Positions 56,501-64,000 of a DNA stretch of 64,000 bases are shown one piece after another. Positions within the stretch are counted from its first letter, which is position 1, and each line of letters opens with the position of its first letter. This DNA is from Amoebophrya sp. A120. Lineage: Eukaryota > Protista > Dinoflagellata. Location: contig CAJINV010000008.1 of NCBI GenBank assembly GCA_905178155.1, positions 3,621,420 through 3,685,419 on the forward strand, in the 5' to 3' direction. Position numbers and translations under genes: made by a program. Under the pieces are notes generated by a model that made no database searches, was not told the DNA's origin, and worked only from the letters and a program-made list of their open reading frames with translations.

Positions 56501-58177
56501 AAGTTTCAGGAGACGCTTGAAGCAAGTTTAAATGCGAAATCCCCAACGAAATCGCTGAAGCGTGCCAGAGAAGTAGGACAAGCCGTGAGGGTCGTGAGCG
56601 CCGAAAGGAATGGCAACGGCGGAAGAAGTGGTCAGGCCAGTCTTCCACAGCAGGAGTCGGAGGTCACCAGCGAACAACATTCTCGACGGGCTTTGAAGAT
56701 CCGTCGGACGAACCGCAGTGGCACAGACAGACAGAAGGACTTCTGTTTTTCGTCGGACGAAGGAGACGGAGACTCACTTTCGCGACAGTTGGAAGACAGG
56801 GATAATGATGAAGATGGAGCCGAGATGAAAAACGATTCCGCCAAGAACCTCCCAAACCCAATTGAATCGTCCGATTCCCCACCGCGGCCCATGGCGTGCA
56901 GCCCAGACAAACCCGCGGACCAGTTGTCGGCACCAAGGCATCATCAACCACATCGGTCTCCTGCCTCGGGCGTCCGCGCTCCGACCGCTCGGTTTCGCGA
57001 TGCGCAAGTGTCTTCGTTCAGGGTGTTTGAGGAAGACGACGTTGACCATGACCAGTTGATGTCAAGATCCGGAATGAAATTGAAAGCCAATGCTCCAGTC
57101 GTGTCCGAAAGAATCTCCGCGAAACTACAACTACAGCATCAAAATACTAAACTACAAACCGCTAGTTCTAGTACTTCTGTAGTAGATTCCGGTTTTTTTG
57201 TCTTGAACCCCACGAACGATGTTGGACTCGTGCACGACAAGAGCTTGCTCCCGGTGCTGAGACAGTTGCGTTGGAAGGGCGTGATTGGGAAAACGCCTTC
57301 GCGGAAGAAGCTGTTTCAGCTGATGTTGGAACGGGAAACCTTTCTCTTCTCCGGCCACTACGGGGGCGAGCAGTTTGTCAACGCCGAGCAGCTGGAACTC
57401 GGACTGCGAACGGAGGTGGGCGAGGTTCTAGCAGACAACAAGAACGAGCACTCTGGTGAGCAGGGACAGCATGCTGAAGCGCCGGCGGAGGACTCATTCT
57501 CACTGTCGGCGGTGAAAGTAAAGCTAAAGGAAAACACCACGGAAAATGCCGCTCGCGACATGAACCTGGAGGAATTTGTTTCCTCCAAGCTCGCCTCCTC
57601 GATGCTGATGGGTTGCTCGTCGACACGGCACTTCATGCACGGACTGAAAACTGCGCGTGCAACTCGTACAAATTTGTTCGTCACGCCGCCCACCGCGGTC
57701 GCGTCTGCCCGCGGAGGTCCTGGTGAATTGTGCACGGGAAGAACTACAAGAAGGCCAGCACAGACCGAAGTTGCGACGTCCTCGTCTACGGCACCAGCGC
57801 CGTTGGATTCGTTCGAACAAGAAGCTCTGTCGTGCGCGACTTCTGGTGTTTCTCGGCCAGGACTGACCGCGATGAAACCGCAACAACTGCCGACTCCAGT
57901 AGATTCCTTCGGCACACACTGTCACTACCTCATCGGCGGGTCGCCGTTTGTCGTCGGTTGCTTATGGGAAGTCTTGAATGGGGAGGTAGACAAATTTACG
58001 GCGAGAGTCCTGCAAGACTGGAAATTCTCGGGGACCAGGAAAAATGGAACATCAAGAACATCTTGTAGTAGCTCAGCAAGCTCTGATCTGCTTGCCTGTC
58101 TTGAGCGAAGCCGTAGCAAGTGCAAATTGGAGTTCTTGACTGGATGCGCAGTGGTGCACTACGGGATTCCTGTCTGA
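50582..58177 (+). CDS. ESP1: Separase (peptidase C50), ~2531 aa, uninterrupted ORF
   Basis: C-terminal motifs LYLDPNLANVPFEHLP, FFVLNPTND, FLFSGHYGGEQF (His), LMGCSS (Cys), VVGCLWEV..EVDKF, LTGCAVVHYGIPV. Confidence 0.92.
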   Translation: MMPGSLFSTQVQEHQKLLSALSRLSKNNPPSEDHALLEALDALAEVAKSWDRVVATHKSSSSASTTSREQRDVGNKISSSHKTKSKLAQLWYSTVSAVLAMNTTSGDQQSTASSSAAGSATSSSSSHCNKAFSATRTSTLSPVTKTRQHVAQCCWRIWRATTFLDFREATSAGCSFGELQLVAACKILNATANHGSDVFLRSHHFPDEAADHALDEGGAASKADGVGVPRHEAQIASKLLDLVRSFVDGGMNAAQAPDVQTGSTKAPSSLMKLPALWSSLFRLARNLACNAAPAVGEEMEDTTRQSASASSWSSSQRACAQQSHTVADGPDSSRSLRMEQDLLDVFHACCLAVYDSASCEKTVTALVSSIGSNIAIEPGRVLKEELATRLLLSLTSNCKPAVLHHRLCMCLALPPAQALRAHQRPHGFREHGGMNEASSKVLRLSAWDLLLLHEASSCAQMFETGTGTHSTSTSAAGLWARREVGQLTAEADGKTAPTVLHTAVRTTCEQTTITPELLHWFVLHRLDQVPTRKVCLLLEFADRLEVRETEDSMVDSNSQQKESNGTSRTSSVTTSIGVAKSHFLASIVEKVLAAQRDPHQTELRSGAGGGDVDVRVDHGEVNVGEGCTDELLRLSVEKFCQQTPTSLISQQHWCRVLHAVRRKVQSATTCAASTGGGAVVASAAVARTPLRGCSSPSKPGVFKNGTSSTSSGGDHLLPAPVASMLLSTLENYAERIDQIIPNVFEMKSTSLPEAVACAYLAVVTKGVLVCSHVAGTNSNAPAEVLALNSNEEAADRRTSSSEIQQECPRRGRAQASNTPTVDENGLLGAHVHAIEVIAAKYCESAYARNDESRGVSLGRALAFWKICNTDTSTGQLNPSLISLTSSDESCRPQQEFSFPPLYLVLRAHAALSIFAGVDLDPERAKSAESLAFRHCQEAFEGFLTRTGTPGVSAHGLENDGAEDEDQTKMRPHQEAEAVLQLVVTVLAFRWEDEDADVPTGAEKAKGDEDTAAPGGAEAVASSTKIATEDCRSSNTRRRSGMLQLCTEVAQEILRSTTSREEEKSSAFSRAEVGETSNCIKPQKMKTLPPRAAAAMLLARLGVQCSSLWEDVFALFGLPSWEAVRQTLEELEGQLQCMQGTHSSSKNICDEAPAHVVQIEMRSFAQDLVAGGKLDLAAVALLSALVSSDNQTQTSLTNGGAVVASTSTLLEALQTLVEFGRHNSRQEVSTELIVEDARRVGRIDMLPAPCSASSSGKCKTRRAVIEKAKSLLPKAVEHFSVDQQACALGAPPTGFDADTFENGLSLFRTLVAVLILEHDDDGGHRCERGGQPQSSSANPLTSTSALNQHSCYQKLSNLWEERATEAQSEAQLSHTILAFYLHELAKLATETCSFAAGLALNLQAMQEFAQAVPEMEEKVGSESIRDALSAKVSTFHSRLSKRFSLLGCELHFSIASGYEKAGLGKWAEHWHEAGKKFADSGDKVLLGQWQKRFQAACVGPRAPDVSADFLAAAGQQHTSVPVGHEDRPAADIFPVQLGLTPKGPALRLTEASAEKILCTLQTVSSEIKRVKLGCRVGRRSFPFLRGDYLSENSEQEHQNEIPQRLTRLAYEFLSAVDLLSLSGIRTAAISLTHFLHDVMEETDSTTSAHLEQHQEKIRTPAREPRVRAQCQLIIQSLAPFCASSLGSSILFDVRRLQRVLAASSAARRVPSWDKVIDRWFLNPNPKKSHADGAVDEASCLEHAEVYVHLAKFDAGRAGKDHSGEKLPAQEFLYLTRRQVLAQCAEGSGGSAGNVAEQNHVSAAAPASGTSSKTLGVCHRIPIAQEDSLIEKIDQLQTLLEQNRKSVKDLQKKIEDEDIFGDVAIEDTHAKERKEIEAEFWRDRREFDEKLKNWLQSFEAVVSSEVLESVFGKHERTDQERKTEEKATCRIVPSPTVFLYLDPNLANVPFEHLPTLRGRRISRALAPNILVAAMEKFQETLEASLNAKSPTKSLKRAREVGQAVRVVSAERNGNGGRSGQASLPQQESEVTSEQHSRRALKIRRTNRSGTDRQKDFCFSSDEGDGDSLSRQLEDRDNDEDGAEMKNDSAKNLPNPIESSDSPPRPMACSPDKPADQLSAPRHHQPHRSPASGVRAPTARFRDAQVSSFRVFEEDDVDHDQLMSRSGMKLKANAPVVSERISAKLQLQHQNTKLQTASSSTSVVDSGFFVLNPTNDVGLVHDKSLLPVLRQLRWKGVIGKTPSRKKLFQLMLERETFLFSGHYGGEQFVNAEQLELGLRTEVGEVLADNKNEHSGEQGQHAEAPAEDSFSLSAVKVKLKENTTENAARDMNLEEFVSSKLASSMLMGCSSTRHFMHGLKTARATRTNLFVTPPTAVASARGGPGELCTGRTTRRPAQTEVATSSSTAPAPLDSFEQEALSCATSGVSRPGLTAMKPQQLPTPVDSFGTHCHYLIGGSPFVVGCLWEVLNGEVDKFTARVLQDWKFSGTRKNGTSRTSCSSSASSDLLACLERSRSKCKLEFLTGCAVVHYGIPV

Positions 58178-59699
58178 AATCTTGTGCGATGTAATGACAA
58201 AGAAGATCAAAACAAAAAGAAAGCGAAAGCAAAAATAGTAGCAGAAGCCGCGCAAGCGCAACTTTTTGCCCGTTTTGCGAGCCTTTTGCATGGTTTGCGA
58301 TAAGAAAGTATGTCGATGTTCATCGTGGTGCTCGTGCTTGTTCGCTTTCAGTGTATCGGGGTTCTGGACTTTGGTCGTATTCGTATCGCGATTCGCGTTC
58401 ACCGCAGATCTGGCAGTCAAACTATAGCTACAGCTAGGGGTAGTAACTTCGAATTCGAACAAAGGTTGCATTCTCGACGTCTTCGCAAGGCGAGTGAATT
58501 AAAGCGGAATGGAGGCAGCTCTTGTTGAGAGGGGTTCTTCGCGTTGTTCAAAAGAGAGAGAGAGCATCAAACCGAGGCGTTGTCTTCGCTTTGAAAGTTT
58601 AAACCCTAGCACTAGGATACGTACGTCCGTAACTTCTCCCCCCGTTGATGTCGCGCTTAGTTTCTCGCGTTGTTCATATGAGTACTGTCCGTCGGGCACT
58701 GACATTTTTAGCTGTAGTATCAGTATCTAGGTTCCCCCTTCATTCAAGTTTTCTTTGCTAAGTCTTAGACTTTCGACGGACCTCTTGCTGCATAGTTTTG
58801 GCGCGTATGTGTAGTACCCATTAATGCAAAGTTTAGCTTTAGGGAAGATAGGGAATACAGGCGCGCAAAAAAGTACCGTTGAACAGTGCAGCTACGAACG
58901 TTTGTGTGCAAGAGCTGCGTCGAATCTTTGTGTTGCCTTTAGTTTAACGTAGGACCTAACAAAGCGACTAGAAAAGTTAGGTGTAGTAGTGTTTCAGTAG
59001 CACAAATAAAAAACAACCACGCCAAAGCTCCGCCTTATCATGTTGTGCCTGTTCGAGTTCGTTTGATTATGTTGCTGCATTGATTCCCCAAGACTCTGAC
59101 TCAATGAATAATTAGCTTGTGGAAGAAACCCGAAAAAAGTAAAACACCTGGCGCTGCAAGGATAGCAATAGAGCTATTTCCATTCTCGTCAAGAATCTTT
59201 CAAACAAAAACAACTCAACCGATAGAAGAAAAAAAGCGAGAAAAGAGGGAGAGACTTCTTCTAGAAAAAACCTTTCAAGTTGAAAAGACTAAGAAATTCG
59301 TGTTAAAGAAACTCTTTGTTGTCCACTACGTACCGCAGGAAGCAAAAAGATAGATTCGAACAGCCTTGACGAACACCTTTCACGACACGACCGGACTCAT
59401 TGTTCAAGGTTTCCTGCTTGGCTTCAAACCCACGTCGATACTATTTCGAAGAAGTTTTTTCATTGGATTCCGACACGACATACCGGCGCAGCAGCAGGTA
59501 CGTCCGCGGTAACTGAAAAGCATCAAATAGTGCGAGCTCGGATTTGAGGTTGAAGACTACTTCTTGCTGTGAAAGCAAAGCAGGGAGAAAGGAAGAGCCA
59601 CCTGTGGACCGTCGAAAGCAGGCAGAAGCTAGTTGGGATAATTGGGCTGCAAGTAGTAGTTCACGAGAAGTTTTTAGAAACCACCACCGTCCGCACAAG

Positions 59700-61585
59700 A
59701 TGTACGTCGCAGGAACGCCAGAATGGAAGCTGCCTTCCATCTCGGTGGAACAGCTGAAGAGTCAGGCCCCGCAGCAGGTCTCGGCCGCCCAAATCAAGCT
59801 GAACTACGGGCTCGTCTACTTCACCTCATCGCTCGGATTCTACGCACTCTGGGCCAGTTTCCACGACATTGGGCTCTCAACCCTGTTGACCTTCTCCGTG
59901 CTGATTCAGGTACAGAATCTGTGTTGGAGGTGATGCATCTGGTGTGTGATCATGATGAAATGATCACTATGATGATTGGCGAACCATCATGGTGCTGATA
60001 GATTGCACCAGCATCCTACGAGGGAAAAAATCATAGAGAGATGCATTCATGATTATTTCGCTGCGCGTAAAAATCATCAAAACAGAGTCTTGCCCTGGTG
60101 TGCCTCTTGACGGCAATACTAACGAGGAGATCCGTTGTTGGGATAAGTGCGCTCTCCATCGGAATGCAGGCACTCAGCTTTTTCCTCCGACTCGGGTCCA
60201 CGTGCTGGCTGCGGGGTACAAACTATTTTCAAGCTTTATGCTTGTTGTGCATGTTTGACGTCCCGATACCATGCGGTTCTGATAAATATCTAGTACGGAA
60301 ATTTTTTTGGCGGGTCAAAGGGTGTGCAAATACTGAATCCAACCTCAGGTTACATTCCAGTGGACAGCACGGGGGATTGCCTCTACCAGCTTGCGGATGT
60401 TTTTGCCTTCTCTGTCTGCTGCCTCATTGTCTACCTCTGCACGCACAAATTCAAGAGCACCTATGACGTATAGATTGACAAATGTTCTTGGTGTTTATGG
60501 TTTTGTTCGACCTGCCCAACACTTTCGAGAGTATCTTTCAGTATGTCATGCGAACGAGCATGCCGTTGCCGTCCGACAATAATCATGCCGCGTAGTTAGC
60601 GTCTGCGTCGTGGGCCGTACTGGCTTTAGTTCTATGATTTGCCACCATGATGATAAGTAATCGCTGAAAAACGTGAACCACTTCTGGTACTACGACCCGT
60701 AATTTTTGTGAAAACGACCTCAAACAGGAAAGCTGCGACCAATTTCCAGTGTACCCAACAGTGATCGGCTGCCTTATCGCTGCTGCCCTCGTCCACCCAG
60801 ACCTGAACAACCGACCATTCTTCGATGGACTTTGGTATCAACAAACTGATTTGATATTTTTTTATTCAAAGCTAAGCTGTGTAAGCAGCAACATCCGGTC
60901 ACAAGCCTCTGCAGGAGGAGCGTGACTTCTACCATTACTGTCTTCTTTTAGGAACACCGCGAAGTGAGAATCACAAATGAAAAAGCGCTCATGATATTCA
61001 AAAAAACAAATCTTCAACCCACAGGGCCTCCTCCTTGTACGTGGACGTTATGAGCACGATGCCGCAGCTGTACATGATCCACAAGCAGGAAGGGAAAGTC
61101 GACGCTTTGTCAGCACACTACGTCTTCCTGGTTGCAGTGTCAAGAGCAATGGACACGGTGTTTTGGTATAGGACTCTGAACGATAAATTATTTTTTTTCC
61201 CGATCCGGATCCACATGATTACCTTCCGTGCTGCTAGTGCGAAGAAACAACAGTGTGTGATAGATTTAGATAGCGGTTGTGTGCATTCGATGACTACACA
61301 ATGATATAATAATTTTATGCCCTAGCGCTGAAGTTGTTTAGTAGGCCGTGAGCTTGACGCTTGATTTTCATCATCTTGCTTAGGTACTTCGGTTTCGAAG
61401 AGCTCGCTCCGGAGAACGGCGGTTTCAACATCAGTGGGTGCACCGTGCTCGGCGCAAATCTTCTCCACATGGCCCTGATTTCCGACTTCGTCTACTCCTA
61501 CGTAAAAAACGTGTTGGCGGGAAAGGTGATGCACCGCCAATTCGATTTCGCCAGCAACGAAAAAGTGGTCTTGGACGTCGTCTAA
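59700..61585 (+). CDS. ER lumen protein-retaining receptor family (ERD2-like); exons 59700-59909, 60086-60215, 60349-60467, 60728-60834, 61025-61165, 61384-61585
   Basis: Five in-phase GT-AG introns. Motifs GIS..S..QA..F.LRL, FKSTYD...D.F, LWASSLYVD....PQL, AHYVFLVAVSR, DFVYSYVK. Confidence 0.88.
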
Positions 61586-63557
61586 GTAGTTGATCGTCGT
61601 CTACGCGAATTTCTGTACCGTTAGCTGCTGGTCGGTGCACAAAATTAATCTCGAGATGAACATGATAAACACAACTACACATGTACCAAGCAAGATGAAG
61701 CGGCCGTTGCAGTTCGTCTTGCTGCAATGAAGCGAAAATTCGAAGTTAGTGCCATATCCTAATCCTGAAGCCACACTTGTACGATTTCTGTCGTGTCGCG
61801 TAGTTCGGACGAGTTTCGATAGCAACGAAAAAACGCATTTGTAAAACGCGTTGTGTAACCTTGACCACATCATGAAATTAAAACTTGAATAGCGAAAACC
61901 TCATGTAGATGCAAGACCAAAATAAAACAAAAACTAACTAACGAGAGGAGAATGCGTTTACTACACCAAAGATGAAGTTGCAGCACTGAGTTTACAGCCC
62001 TCTTGAATTTTTTCGCTCGCAAGGCAACTACTATTTCGAAAATATCTCGTTGGAGCTTTTCTTTTCTCGCACGGTGTATTCGCATTTTTGCTTTGCGAAC
62101 GAGATTTAACTGTTGCGAAGGGGGAGCTTCGTTTTCGAAAGTGTTTTATGACGATTGAAACCTGTACCAAATTTTCTGTAGGTCTGTAGCTTTTACACAT
62201 TTCACTATCCGTACACTGTGTTGATAACAAACTCGCTGTCTGTAACAACGAAATTAGCTTTCCAAGATTTCAACTTTCTTTGTACCTAGTACCATTTGCG
62301 AGCAATTTCCTCGACTGCGCCTTCTAACTCTCTTTGAAAATAAGTCTATGTAAATTTGTAGCAGAAACTAGTTGTCATTTCCAATTCACTTTGTCTAATT
62401 TCACTTTGTTGAATCATAGGCCGCTATGATTCTTCATCGCTTCTCAAACTTTCTACCTTTCAAGAATTCAGGAACCTTGCACAAAATAAGTCACACTATT
62501 TGCGAAGCGTGTGACTTGTTCAGGTCACTCGTCAGAGGAGAAAAATTCCCTTGTAAAGAAGCCTTCTAGAAGGCTTCGTAACAAATGAACCGAGGAAGCG
62601 GATGATGTGTCAACAGACTTCTCCGTCTTGTTTTCGCACAAAAAATTTGCGCACCACTAGCATTTAATGTATGTACACATCCACAACTACGCTGACACGA
62701 CAACCCCTGCTGGCGCAGCTCTAATATTATTGAAATATATTGAAGATGAAACTTCTATCTTGTATTTGACGATTTTGCGCAACTCAAGCTCGTTTGTATC
62801 TGTCGCAAAAATCATCTGAGGATTGTCTTCTACCTTTACGATGTAACCTTCTACTTCTTGTACAGCAGCTGACAAGCTTTGTAATTGTTTGATGTAAGCA
62901 CTTAAACTCAACACCTAAAAGGATTCGGGCGGCGAGCTTGCTACAACGACCTGTGGGCGTGTTCTCTAGGCTGTCACTCTTTTCGTACGTAACGATTTAA
63001 TATGCCGGCGCATGCATTGAGTGTTGCTAGGTTTCGCACATCGCTGGGCGGTCTGATCGTTCGCTGAGGGAACCGGAACTGAACCAGCGGAGAGAGAGAG
63101 CATGCACCGATGATGATCGGATTGTCTTTGTCTTCGTATGTGTATGATCGCTAATATTATCGCTCGGCCTATCCCTACCTACGAACAGAAACAGTTTTCG
63201 TGTCGTTTGCTCTCTTCTGGCTACGATTTCGGTGGCGATTGCTCGTTCGATTCACTTCGATGTTCACCCGTGCCAGAGCGCTCGGATATTCAGATTTCGA
63301 ATTTTTCTAGCATCCGGCAGAACGATGAACAGCTAATTTATTTCACCGTCGCCGTCTCTCTTGTTTTGCTAGTTGCAGCCAATCTGGCCTTCGCTTTGGT
63401 TTTTTCTAGCTTTTACGAAGAAATAAAGTGCAGGCACGGCGGTAAAGCAGGCCAGGCTCTCGTATTTGATACCAGTGTCACTCACAGTCACGACACCACG
63501 GGACGTATTTCATCCCCAAACCAGCAGTAGGCCTAGAGTAAAGACCACTTCGATAAA

Positions 63558-64000
63558 ATGGGGGACGAGGTGCCACAGCAGCTCATCTTCGAGAATGTGT
63601 CGCCTGCGACACGTTTGCTCGAAAAGCGGCGGCAGATGTACTAGATTTAGTTTATTTACGCCATTGCCACCTGGGCAGTCGAAATGCAATTCTGACGTCC
63701 AGCACAGTGAGAGTGCTACTTAATTTCTCGATCACAAACATTCGTCTTATGCGTTAAAAGCATGCGCGTAATGCCGCGTTTTTCGAATAAATTATCCTAA
63801 GTACAACTTACATTCGCAGTTCGATGAAATACAAAGCTTCAAAAAAATCTAAATCTTCGTAGGTACGAAGTTCAAGACGCCTTGGAAGCCCAGAAAGCCC
63901 GTTTTGCGCAGGAAGAAGAAGCGTTCGCGAAAAAGGAGGTGCAACTCCGAGCGAAAGATCTCCAGCTGCAGCAGCAACTCATAAAATTCAACAAGTTTCT
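63558..64000 (+). CDS. CFAP73/CCDC42-like flagellar coiled-coil protein (DUF4200), 5' part; intron 63638-63862
   Basis: SPATRLLEKRRQM|YEVQDALEAQKARF...LIKFNKF matches the family N-terminus as I recall it. GT-AG intron in phase. Confidence 0.8.

Noticed and set aside
560-58471. Many long minus-strand and alternate-frame ORFs (e.g. 560-1273, 29488-30324, 24457-25080)
   Set aside because: They are shadows of GC3-rich + strand exons. Recurrent peptides such as KMSGSGR and LPDPDIF are translated family-A TIRs, not a protein domain.
1-64000. rRNA, tRNA or dinoflagellate spliced-leader relics
   Set aside because: None recognised by eye. A covariance-model search was not possible.

Overview
Eukaryotic genomic DNA. 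It is most likely from a parasitic dinoflagellate of the Amoebophrya (Syndiniales) type, inferred from gene content, one-strand gene arrangement and intron style. I can reconstruct 12 protein-coding genes, all on the + strand: a partial coiled-coil protein, a Fes1/HspBP1 homolog, four low-complexity unknowns, a ~1970-aa protein with a split GT31/C1GalT-like domain, a C2H2 zinc finger, an FAE1-type 3-ketoacyl-CoA synthase, separase, an ERD2-like protein and a partial CFAP73/CCDC42. The main signal is 31 MITE-like elements of 149-404 bp inserted in coding sequence. Each has the layout [5-bp direct repeat] TAT...ATA [5-bp direct repeat] with terminal inverted repeats (TIRs) and internal GCATGACA-like motifs. 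Removing the element plus one direct repeat restores the reading frame every time, yet most offer no GT-AG pair and nine offer no AG at all. Members of the same family occur in both orientations, one element is nested in the terminus of another, and some appear to be decaying into canonical introns. About 16 ordinary GT-AG introns coexist with them. All gene models were made by hand without RNA data. Element coordinates exclude the direct repeats (DR).
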